Positions 41,192 to 54,078 of a stretch of DNA of 64,000 nt are shown piece after piece. Both the position numbers and the translations under genes were made by a program. The stretch is from Eledone cirrhosa (lineage: Eukaryota). The notes beneath the pieces were generated by a model. That model saw only the letters and a list, made by a program, of their open reading frames with translations, was not told where the DNA came from and did no database searches. How positions within the stretch are numbered: the stretch's first letter is position 1; the number at the start of each line of letters is the position of its first letter. Location of the stretch: contig OZ024748.1 of the NCBI GenBank assembly GCA_964016885.1, forward strand, positions 28,024,001-28,088,000, in the 5' to 3' direction.

Positions 41192-42958
41192 TCTTTATAC
41201 TTATGAAAAGGAAATTTGTTTGTAGGTTGACTGCTAATAACACTAAATAAAATTGATAATAATTAAGGTTTTTCGTGTTTTCAACTAATCTGATTCCCGA
41301 CATGCTCGCTGTCCACTTAGTTTCTGAAATGGAATGGTGGGGAGCGAGTTGGGGGAGAATTAACTGCTCTTTCTAGCACCCATGTACTATCTGTTCGTCC
41401 GTCATGCTATATACAGAGAGTGATATACTACTTCAGCTTTCATTCACCCCACCCCCTCCCCTCTCTCTAACTAAAACGTAATGTGTGTATTTCTCCCCCC
41501 CCCCCCCCACGCTATCTCTCTGTGTTTCTGTATTTCTGTGTAAGTGTGTGTTTCTGTATGCCCAACAACGCAACTTAACTTTAAAAGACTTTCGCTATAC
41601 TGACAGGTGATTGTTGTTGTTGTTGCTAGTCTGACTCACTCACCAATGACTCCTTTTTCTGAAAATGGAGTCGGTGAGGGAGGAGGGCCCTTAGAATTCC
41701 AGATAAGCACCTCTCAGCCATTTAAATTTATAGAAAAACATCCGTTGGGGATCACGAAGAAATTTTTTCCTAGTGTGTTTTCAAGTAATGCGACCTCCGA
41801 CATGTTAGCAATCACTTTTTTACAGAAAACGGAATAGAGGCCAGTTTGGAACCTATAAAGTATGTGTGCAAATACGTCAACAATGGTTCCGATGCTGCCA
41901 TGTTTGCACTACAAAAATAGAATATGTCCTACGAGGTGTCCATCTTTCGGCACGGCCGATATATCAGCAATAGAGGCGAGGAGTGGGCATGGGGTTGACA
42001 CTCAGGTTTTCGCAACCTCGGAGATTTCTTTTGAGGGAATGTCTTTCTTTTCTAGATTTTTTCGTTAGTTTTCGACCAATCTGGCATCCGACTCACTCGC
42101 CAATGACCCTTTTTTCCGGAAACGGAGGCAGGGAGTGAAGAGGACCCTCGGAGCTTAGAAAAGCAATCCCTTGGTACTGAAGGATGTTTTGATCCTTCAT
42201 CATTTTCTACTATTGTGGAAAGTGTTGTAAACTAAATTATCAAGTGTTCCTCAATTTCTAAATCCACCATTCCAATGAGGAGTGGTTGTATGAAAGAGAA
42301 ATCCTTGCACCCAAAAACATCCCAGTATCTCAACAATCTGGAACCAGCCGGTGTGCTGCCGCACAACCTCGAATTGAAGAAAGTCACAGTCATCATGCTT
42401 CTCAGAAACATGGATCAGCCATGATTGTGCAATGGGACGCTTATGGTTGTGACTAAACTACAGCCTCTCATTATTGACGCCAATCATGTCTAGATGTGGT
42501 AAGGGAGACATCTAGAACACCGCTAATACCAACAGATGTCCTTCAAATGATTGCAATTCCCAGTCACAATGACCATTAACAAGTCCCAAGGTCCAACGCT
42601 GCAGGTTGTCGGTCACGATCTAGAAGAGGGCTGTTTCTCACATGGTCAATTGTATGTAGGTTATTCCAAATTAGGAAGACCCCACAAAATCTTCATATAT
42701 ACTCCAAAGAAAAAAGTTTAAAACATTGTTCTGTAAATGTTTTATAATTTTCGCAGAATACATTTTTCTATTATTTTCTTTATTACTTTCTGGATTTAGA
42801 TATTCGAAATAATTTTTTTTAATTATGTTAAACACCTTTTAAATACCCTTTAACATCTTTTATTTCAAGGACAATTTGTATTATGGTAGCTGCTAATATG
42901 TGCCATATTAACAGATTTACGCACATCATAGACCAGGGTATGACCGGGTAGCTGCTAG
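41192..42958 (+). mobile_element. non-autonomous Helitron with a Pif1-helicase remnant
   Basis: Candidate 5' end A|TCTTTATACTTATGAAAAGGAAATTTGTTTG; 3' imperfect GC-rich hairpin-like segment then CTAG|T (42955-42959); helicase motifs inside. The 5' boundary is less certain than the 3'. Confidence 0.7.
42283..42736 (+). pseudogene. Helitron Rep/Hel C-terminal SF1B (Pif1-like) helicase fragment
   Basis: Hand translation gives WLYEREILAPKN, YLNNLEPAGVLPHNLELK..IMLLRNMDQP*LCNGT, LQFPV, MTINKSQG, CFSHGQLYVG, with stops and deletions. Not present in the ORF track. Confidence 0.88.
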
Positions 42959-43095
42959 TAAATATATAATTTTGTTGATTTTATTTGGTTTTGTTGTTTA
43001 AATAAACCCTTGGACGTTTCACGTTATTGTCGCAACACTTAGACACTCTGGTTCACGGTATACTCCATTCGAACTACATTGGATCTACAAATAAT

Positions 43096-43316
43096 GATTT
43101 CTTATATAGGCACAAGGCCAGCAATTTTGGGGGAGGGGAATTGTCGATTAAATCGACCCCAGTGCGTGACTGGTACTTTATTTTATCGACCCCGTAAGGA
43201 TGAAAGGCAAAATTAACCTCAGCGGGATTTGAACTCAGATCATAAAGGGGCGTAACTCTATGCTGAAAAACATTGGCGTCCGACCCTTTACCGATACTGC
43301 CAATCCACCGCCCTTT
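43096..43316 (-). mobile_element. tRNA-derived SINE with 17-bp TSD
   Basis: Full family copy; TTGGATCTACAAATAAT at 43079-43095 and 43317-43333. Confidence 0.9.
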
Positions 43317-43757
43317 TTGGATCTACAAATAATAAAAAGTAGAAGACACACAGACACACACCCACATAGATACATACATACATACATATATACATACATA
43401 TGTGTGTGTGTGTGCGTGTGTGTACGAAAATATACATATAGATAGATAGAGAGATAGACAGAAGGGGAATGGGGAGGGAAAGAGGAGAGACTCGGGGCGA
43501 AATATATAGGCATACAAACATCTAGTGATGTAGATATCAATCGATATATCCTATATAGGTATGTATATACATGTGTGTGTCTGTGTGTACATACATACAT
43601 GCACATACACATACATACATGCACGCATACATACATACATATATACACACAAAAATACGTATAGTTATACATTTTACAAGAAATAGATAAATGTTATTAC
43701 ACATAGATCATGGTTTATAAATAGTTACAAAGAAACGCACACATCGCACATCACACA

Positions 43758-43826
<69 letters not shown>

Positions 43827-44084
43827 TTTCCCTATATAGTCCGATGCACATACACACACGCACACTCACACACACACATACACATATATATATACATATA
43901 TATATAGACATAGATGGAACTGTGCATGTATACGTGTATATTCTGAGTATAATTAGTTCACAAATGAATGGTTGACATCAATTTTGAAATGGTTTGGATT
44001 AAAAAAAACAACTAAGTAAAACAATATCATCAACATATATATACACACAGACACACACAGACACACACACACACATACATACCC

Positions 44085-44234
<150 letters not shown>

Positions 44235-44539
44235 TATATATATGTATGTATATATGTATATATATATATATATGTATGTATGAATATATGTATATATATA
44301 TATATATAATATAATTGAGGGAGTATCACCGCGGTAGATGCCGCCAACCCAACTCCAACGAGTTCTATTCAGACAGAAGTAAAAGGAAAACTTATCAAAT
44401 TATATTTATGTTCACAATGTATTGGAAGGATGTTATTTTTTTTCGACTAGTTTTTGGTAGCCATTTTTTTTTCATTTTATTACTATTATCGTTGGATTGA
44501 AAAATCTACAAAAATATACGGGAATGTTCCTATAGACAT

Positions 44540-44648
<109 letters not shown>

Positions 44649-44649
44649 G

Positions 44650-44692
<43 letters not shown>

Positions 44693-44741
44693 CATACATT
44701 TATGAATATATATATATATATACACACATTTATAAATATAA

Positions 44742-44836
<95 letters not shown>

Positions 44837-45204
44837 AACACACGTGTAAGTACGTGTACGTCCCTACTTACATACAAAAATGTAGGTGATTTTTTTTTTA
44901 TTCATTATCACATTATCTGTCTTGTTATTGTTCTCAATCTCAATGTTGTTCTCTTGTCATTGTTGATCACTTTCCTCCTCTTTCCTTTCCCTCCTCTTTC
45001 CTTTCCCTCATCTTTACTTTCATTCCGTCCTTTCTTCTGTCTTCTCCTTTTGTTTCTTCCACATCTATTCATAATTATTATATTATACTTTTAATGCATT
45101 TTTTTCCCTTTTACTATCCACAAAAAATTATATCCATAACGTAAGAGTGTATGTGTGTCGGTGTATATATAATAGATATAATAAAAAGGTCTCAAAAAGA
45201 AACA

Positions 45205-45244
<40 letters not shown>

Positions 45245-45621
45245 TACACATATATATATATATATACATTATATATATATGTATGTATGTATAATGTGTT
45301 TGTACTTTATATACATAGATGTATATGTATCTTATAGATATCATATAGATCATATGTGCCTATATACGTAAACACACACATATCTATACAGATATATATA
45401 TATGTATGCATTTGTCTGCATATAATCACACACACGCACACACGCACACCCATACACTTACACACAAAGCAACAGCAGTAGTAACAACAACAACAACGAG
45501 GAAAAGGGAAGAAAAGAAATATAGCATTGTGAATCTAACAAAGAGGGGGAAATCAACAAACAATATCTAATCCATTGGTAATATTCACTGATCATCTAGC
45601 CCTAAAAAACACCAACAATAC

Positions 45622-46447
45622 CAACCACCACCACCATTACACCCACCAGCACTACTACCACTACCACCAGTACTACTACCACCACCACCACCACCATTAC
45701 ACCCACCAGCACTACTACCACCACCACCAGTACTACTACCACCACCACCACCACCATTACACCCACCAGCACTACTACCACCACCACCAGTACTACTACC
45801 ACCACCACCACCACCATTACACCCACCAGCACTACTACCACTACCACCAGTACTACTACCACCACCACCACCACCATTACACCCACCAGCACTACTACCA
45901 CTACCACCAGTACTACTACCACCACCACCACCACCATTACACCCACCAGCACTACTACCACCACCACCACCAGTACTACTACCACCACCACCATTACACC
46001 CACCAGCACTACTACCACCACCACCAGTACTACTACCACCACCACCACCACCATTACACCCACCAGCACTACTACCACTACCACCAGCACTACTACCACC
46101 ACCACCACCACCATTACACCCACCAGCACTACTACCACCACCACCAGTACTACTACCACCACCACCACCACCATTACACCCACCAGCACTACTACCACCA
46201 CCACCAGTACTACTACCACCACCACCACCACCATTACACCCACCAGCACTACTACCACCACCACCAGTACTACTACCACCACCACCACCACCATTACACC
46301 CACCAGCACTACTACCACTACCACCAGTACTACTACCACCACCACCACCACCATTACACCCACCAGCACTACTACCACCACCACCAGTACTACTACCACC
46401 ACCACCACCACCATTACACCCACCAGCACTACTACCACCACCACCAG
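45622..46447. repeat. 60-bp minisatellite (CACCATTACACCCACCAGCACTACTACCAC...)n
   Basis: Consecutive 60-nt lines are nearly identical. Confidence 0.95.
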
Positions 46448-46586
46448 TAATAATCCACCAAACCACCATTTCGCTAATCATTGAAAGAAACCGTGCGAAA
46501 TTAGGAATTAGGGAATGCTATAAAAATGGTCCTTTTAAAAGGTTGTGGCTTTTTTTTCTTTTTCATTTCACTATATATATACATAC

Positions 46587-46627
<41 letters not shown>

Positions 46628-46898
46628 CATATATATATACACATATATATACATACACACATATATATATATATATAAATATATATATATATAACATCTC
46701 GTTATATATATATATATATACATACACATTATATATATATATATGTTAATATATATATATATAATATCTCGTTCCCCCTTCCTGGGGTGGAAGGACATTT
46801 TTGAAAAAAAAAATGTAATTATTTATTTATTTAATTATAATATTTTTTTTTTTTCATTATCTGGTGAGCTAAATGTTTAGGGTGTTGTGTGCGTTTGC

Positions 46899-47028
<130 letters not shown>

Positions 47029-47102
47029 CTTAGCCCCTTTAACCTTTCGCTTCTCCGTTAATTCTACAGACGTTTTCATTGTGTCTTTAGGCAAAACATA
47101 GT

Positions 47103-47174
<72 letters not shown>

Positions 47175-47177
47175 AAG

Positions 47178-47247
<70 letters not shown>

Positions 47248-47747
47248 GCAACAACAACAAAATAATTGGAAAAATAAATAAGTAGAATGAACAACAACAA
47301 AAGCAAAGATCCAAATGACAATTGCCGACATAACGAAAACAATAAAAACCACAACAACAATAGAAATAACAAAAACAAGGGGATGGTATCCTAATTTCAA
47401 CCCCATCCCCCATCCCTGATCCTTCATCTGAATCCTTCCACACACACACACACCATTCTCCCACCCACCACAACCACTATGTAATAGCGACAAGCAAACA
47501 CGGATCTAGTCGACCGCGAAGATCATAAAACTAATTTGGTTAGTAGTGAAATAGCTAATATGGCTGTAGATAGACATACACATACACAAACTTACATACA
47601 CACACACTTACACACACACACACTTACACACATATATAATGATGCGTGCATAAAGGCGTGTACACGTTCAGGCATTCGACTGCATGGTCGTGTGTGTGTA
47701 TTATTTACATACATGAGTGGATTCGGAAAGCGCCATCCCAATGCATA

Positions 47748-47838
<91 letters not shown>

Positions 47839-47932
47839 GCGTGTGTGTGAGTGTGTGTGAGTGTGTGTGTGTGTGCGTGTGCATGTGTATACACTGTATA
47901 CATGCGCACTCACAGACACACAGACACACATA

Positions 47933-48017
<85 letters not shown>

Positions 48018-48191
48018 TTATAATAAAATTCGATATCAAGTGACGACCACTTTGTGATAGATTTGTTTGGGAAGCAGTAGTTCGCGCATATACATATCTA
48101 CTTTGACATCTTTCTCCCACAGTATTGACAAAAAAGTATCCACCTTCTAGATTGTCAGTATTTAACAAGAGGTATCTATCTATCTATCTAT

Positions 48192-51100
48192 TGGCAAACA
48201 TTGTTAAACATTGTGTACAACAACAATCTAATAAAAACCCAAGGGCCTAACTTCACCCAGGCAGGGGATTTCCCCCACCTCAAAATGATTAAGGCCCCAC
48301 AGGACACCTATAAAACTTTAAAAAACAACTTTAAAGAGGACGTGGGTCCCCCCTGCGTCGGGCCCATTAACCGCGTCCTCCTAAAAAATTACCCCACCCC
48401 CTCCCCAAACACCCACACAACTCCAAACTCCCCAACCACACAACACACTGATGCCCCTACACTTCCACAAACCACCACCCCACCCAACAACCCATCCCCC
48501 ACCCTAATGGAAATTGTGCAGCCCGATACCCGGGACGCAGAGAGGTAAGTGCCTTTTCTCTTCACCACCAACATGGCTATGCTAAGAGTAGGCTGTGTAA
48601 ATGCGCGTGGCCTGGGCTCAACTTGGAAGCAAGCAATGCTTCTAAATGACCTCAGGTCACAACGTATAGATGTGATGGTTATTTGCGAGGCCCGGATCAG
48701 CAACGTGCGACAGCTGGCCCCCACCTTTGATGACTTTGAGATGCACGCATCTCTCTGTCAGCCCGGAGGTGGGGGTGGGATTACCGTTCTGCTGCAAAAA
48801 CATCTGGGTCTCGCAACACAGATGGTACATTTGGACCCGGAGGGTCGACTAGTGGTTCTGGACCTTGGCAGTGGTAAAGGCGGAGCGTTTAGGTTGGTAG
48901 CCGCCTACGGCCCTTTCGGGTCAATGCGGCTCCTTGCTATTAGTGGGGGACTGGAATGGTATCCTAGATGCACGCTGGGACTACGTAGGGGCCTGTCCCG
49001 ATAGAGAGGGGTGTAATTGCCTCAAAGGGTTAATCGGTCGATTTGACCTGGCCGATAGATATCGACTAGATTTTCCGACTGCGCCAACCTGGACTTGGGC
49101 AAATCGTAGCGGATCATCTAGGTCGTACCTAGATAGGTTCTTAGTTAGAATTAAGGATAAGGACTTTTTAAGTTGTCCAAAAATGCGCATGGTTGGCTAT
49201 TCAGACCACAAGTTAGTGACCTGCATGGTCAACCTTGACAGAACTCATAGACAGGGACCCGGTTACTGGAAGCTCAACTTGTCCTTACCGGCAAGTAAGG
49301 CTTACAGGGACCGGATTAGCACTTTAGTTAAGGAGCGGTTGACGGGCGCCATCACCAACAGCAGGTGGTGGGGATCTCTCAAAAGAGAGATTAGAGTAGT
49401 CTCTATAGAATTTAGTAAGGAGTTAGCCTCAAATAGAAATAGGAAGGAAAGGGAGTTGGTAGATAGTGTAGAAGAGGCAATTAGAAGCGGCGACGTGGCC
49501 AGAGTGCTAGCGTCGAGAACGGCCCTGGGCCAGTTCTTCGACGCGAAACACGAAGGCTGCATCGTCCGAAACAAAATACGTGCTCTGGGAAACGAGGGGA
49601 CCAAAGCTGTTAGCTGGGCCCGCGTGACAGAATCCAAAAGAGGGAGCAGATCCACTATCCGGTCTTTGCGAGACCAGGATGGACGGGTGATCCTTGAACC
49701 TAAGCAGATGTGCGAGGCTTTTCAAAAGCACTTTGCCGGATTGTTCGGAGGGGGAGGGGGACGGTTGGGGATGTGGACTTCGGTCCATACCTCGACGGCC
49801 TGCCGCGTCTCTCGGACAGGGAGGCGAAGTCCTGCGAGGAGCCGATTTCAGCCGCTGAGGCATTCGATAGGGTCGACCATGGTTACCTGGATGCGGTGCT
49901 AGCGGCGGCAGGCTTCGGACCCGTTTTCAGGGGCTGGATCAATGCCATGCACAGCAGCCGCATCTGCTCTAGGGTCAAGGTGAACGGCTACCTCTCGGAG
50001 CCGTTCGAAATCGCGCGGTCCATCCGACAGGGGTGCCCTCTCTCCTCCCTTCTGTATGTAATAACTCTAGAGCCACTGCTGCGGAAGTTGGAGTTGTTGC
50101 AGGGCATCCCGTTGGAACCGGGATTGCGGAAAGCGGTGTCAGCCTAAGCCGATGACGTAACAGTAATGGTGTCAACGGCCTCGGAAATCGGGGCGATCGG
50201 CACCTTACTGGAGGAGTACGAAAGGTTTACAGGGGATAAGCTGAACCGGGACAAGTCGATCGGTCTGCAACTCGGCACGTGGAGGGGCAGATCGATGCCC
50301 TCCGATGGCGTCGTCGGGCGCTGGACGGAGGGCCCGGTGAAGTTGCTCGGGGTCTGGTTCGGACCAGACCTCCAGGTGGAGAAGAACTGGGGTGAGGTAA
50401 CGAACAGGGTGTTTGCACTGACCCAGAAGTGGGCCGAGTGCAAACTGTCCCTGAAAGGTCGTGCTGAGGTGGCGAACACTTATATAGCGTCCGTCATCTA
50501 CTACCGCCTGACCGTTGTGCCTTGCCCAAGGGAAACGGTCGCCAAAATGGAGCGCGCACTCTTCCAATTCCTTTGGAAGAAGCGGGCTCCTATGGTGAGG
50601 AGATCCATCTGCTGTCAACACCCTTCGAAAGGAGCGCTAGGGATGCAGTGGCTAATGATACGTAAACACGCATTAAGGCTACGGCACCTTCAGGTATTCC
50701 TCTCCGGTCAACCGGTGTGGGCCCCGTTTGTGAGGCGAGCCTTTCCCAGACTCGTCTTGCTCACCGAGCTGCAATCCTGGGTCAAGCAAAGACCGAGAAA
50801 ACTGGGCGCCTGGCACACCGAGTGTGCCCAGGCGCTCACGGCTCTCTGGCAGGCGGACCCGGCTGTCAGTGGAGAATCCACCTCGTCATTCTATAGAGGG
50901 CTGGTGGTTAGCAGGTGCGATGACGCCCTCGGAGAAGCCCTAGGCATGGAGGAAGACGAACTGGCAAACCTGTTCGGTAGGACATTCAGCCCGGGACCCA
51001 TGGATAACTTCCAGAGGTCCCTGGCCTGGCAATGCTACAGAAGGGCTCTGCCCGTTCGAGAAAGGCTCTACAGACACGGGCGCCCGGGTAGGGACCCCTC

Positions 51101-51790
51101 GAAAAAGATCTGTCCCAGATGCGTGTGCGACGAGGAAACCTTTGCACGCGTATTGGTACACTGCTCGGGCATTGCCGATCTGTGGGGTTATGTCGAACAA
51201 TTGCTGTCAAGGGTGGGACCGATCCGGTTGACCACCGAGTCTATTGTAACGATCAAGCCGCCTCCCTCTTCAAAAACCAAGGAGAGGCGGTGTTTCTGTG
51301 CGTAATAGCCATGGCGAAAGAGGTTGTATGGTGGACGCGTCTGAAACGACTGAAGTCAGACCCCTTTCTCTCTGGCCAACAACTGGTCCGTTTCTTCCGA
51401 TACCATTTCGGAAGAAGGATCAGGATGGAGAGAGAGGTGCTGCACCCCAGCCGTTTTTATGAAAGATGGGTGAAAGTGGCGAGAATGGCCCGTGTGAATG
51501 GGCCTTCACTCTACATCAGACTATAGGTGAGGAAGATAAAAGATCAAGGGAGCACCCCCTCTCTGTGCTCCTGAGGAGAAGGGTTGCACACTTTTTTCGG
51601 GGGGTGTGTGCGACCCCCCAAGGCGCCTCCTCCCTATTGAGGATTTTGTTATAAAATTTATTTTGTTATGTTGTATTATATTTTTATATCTTGTTATTGC
51701 CTCCCCCTTATTGAGGACGCCTTGTTATGTAAACTCCCCCCATTGTACTTGTCCCACTTGTTGATGCCCTGGTGGCAAATAAAAAGAAAA

Positions 51791-51791
<1 letters not shown>
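48192..51791 (+). mobile_element. Tx1/L1-type LINE, 5'-truncated, internally deleted and decayed
   Basis: End of ORF1 (..PDTRDAER*), APE (NARGL..ICE, GDWN, SYLDRF, SDH), GPGYWKLN, RT (IRQGCPLS, SA*ADD), CPRC..E..HVLVHC-like knuckle, AATAAA end. RT segment between EEPISAAE and AFDRVDH is deleted. Flanked by (TATC)n. Confidence 0.9.
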
Positions 51792-51829
<38 letters not shown>

Positions 51830-51889
51830 GTAAACTTCCCCCTTTGTATTTGTCCCCTTCTTTTGTGCCCTTGTGGCTAATAAAGAAAC
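51830..51889 (+). mobile_element. isolated ~60-bp 3'-UTR fragment of the same Tx1-type family
   Basis: GTAAACTTCCCCCTTTGTATTTGTCCCCTTC...TAATAAAGAAA matches the 3' ends at 51729-51791 and 57657-57713; flanked by (TATC)n. Confidence 0.8.
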
Positions 51890-52154
51890 ATATCTATCTA
51901 TCTATCTACATATCGATTTATTTAAAGCTAGCTGTCGTCTGTTCGATAGCGTAGACCTAATTCACTTCGCGCAGAAGTTTTGTTCCAATTTATTGCAGAA
52001 ATTTTGTAAGTTTAATTTTAATTTTGATACTATTGTGTAGCTTGACCCCCCATCTGAACTGTCAGCAGTGGGTCAGCTCATTTTCGCCCCTCCCAGGGGT
52101 GAAAAACCTGTTTTTAAAAGTTTTGTTGCATAAAATTTCAATCGTCTTGGAGAA

Positions 52155-54045
52155 ATGTTAAACGAAGCTAACGAAAATAGTGGTGGGGGTACAGCGGTAA
52201 GAGTTGTAAGCTCGCACGCTTTAGTCCCCCCCCCCTTCCTTCCCAACTAACGTAATAGAGAAGGAAAGAAAAAATAAAATAAAAACAGACGAGGACACAG
52301 GTCTGGAGATTAATTCCAGCAACAAAAAAAATATGAAAGAATTGCATGACAATATTAATACCACAAACAAAGAAACAACAAACACAAAAATAACATTTGA
52401 AAACAGCAACATCATAACAGAAAGCAAAACAGACGACAAAGTCAACACCAATAACATCTCATTTGCACAAACAACAAAAAAATCTTTAACATACATACCT
52501 GAAAATATTTCAGATGTGGCACAAAGAATAAAAAACGCCAAACAATTCATAACTCAAGGGGAAAATGGAGCCTTGTCAGTAAAAATGCCCCAAGAACTCA
52601 CCAAAGATATTGAAAGTCGGACGGTCGTTTTCCGCACCATCAACAGCATCTCAAAAAAGCCACAACAACCAACACAAGCAGAAATTAAAGCGGTACTTAG
52701 AGAAGTACTTAATGAAGCCACTTTCATATGAAGAGACAGGCTCTATGGAAGCCTAGCCATTATTATGAACAACGAATCGGCGGCAAAAAAATATGCTTTG
52801 TCGCCGATTCGTTCGACAAATTTTACCTTTAATCCATCTTATATGGGTAAAAGAACTCAGCGCATATGGCTGGATGCGATGATGCCAGATATGGACTACT
52901 GCTGGCTCATAGCTGGCTTCATCGATCCAGCGAATGACAACGTGATTTCCATTGGGAAAACCACAGGCAATGCGTTCAGTGGAACAGGTATAGAACTTGT
53001 AGTGCAAATGAAGCCTGAACGCATTGCCCAAATACCCGACAGAATCCTATTAGAGGGCCACGGGTATATAAACATTAGCGTGGAGGGGAGAAGGCCGTCC
53101 TGTCATATCTGTGCAGCCAGAGGGCACCTGAAGGCGGCTTATCCCCAACTCAACAAGAAGAAAACCCTGCTACCAACACCAGCTCCACCACCACCACAAC
53201 AGATAAACAAACAACAAAACTCAGTCCCACCCAACCCGTCCCTCAGTAAAACTACACCACCACCACAGCACAAACAGACACAACACATTACCCAAAAATA
53301 AAACACAGTCCCACCCAACCCCTCACTCAATAAAACAACACAACCACCGCAGCCACAACACACAACACAGTCTAACATAGTGACATCCATCTCCCCCACA
53401 AAGAAAACTAACACGGAAACATTACCAGCAAACATACCTCTTCCCGCCAACACTGAAGATAACCCAACGAATTCGGAGGAAGAAACGGAGTCCTTCAGAC
53501 AGATTAAAAGGAAAAAAAGAAAACATGTGCAAAACACGCAAGGCCAAACAGCCCCTACCCAAATGTCAACACAATCCAACAAAACACAAAACACCCCTCC
53601 AGCAACAAACAAAACCAAACCTGCCGCTCCCCTTTTCGAAACACTCACACCATCCGAAAAAAAGACATTACACTATACTTACATCAACAGAAACAATAAT
53701 AAATTAAATGAACTCATAAACAATAACCCTTCGGTACAAACCGAAGGGGTAAACTTTGTTTCTTCAGAAAACTACCCACATTTAAAATTAATAAAGATCC
53801 CAATGAACCTCTACCAAATACTAAAAAAGGATTTTAAGGAGGACGTAGGACCACCCTCTGTCAAACCCATAAACCGCGTCCTCCTAAAAAGCTTTCCCCC
53901 TCCCCTTCCCCTCCCCAACACAACTCCAAACACCCCAACCCCACCACACACTGACGACCCCACACCACCACAAGACACCCCTTCACCCAACACCCCCGAC
54001 CCCATGGAAGTCGTGCGACCCGAACCCCGGGAAGCAGAAAGGTAG
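52155..54045 (+). pseudogene. ORF1 (gag-like) of the Tx1-type LINE, interrupted by stops
   Basis: ORF pieces 52333-52731, 52765-53301 and 53380-54045; degenerate knuckle CHIC..RGHLKAAY; the C-terminus is homologous to 48201-48548. Confidence 0.75.
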
Positions 54046-54078
54046 GTCTCTACACTCTCCTTTGGCTTTGCCGCCCAC

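Noticed and set aside
45575-46481. His/Tyr-rich or Gly/Ser-rich repetitive protein
   Set aside because: 60-bp minisatellite open in multiple frames on both strands; no flanking gene structure.
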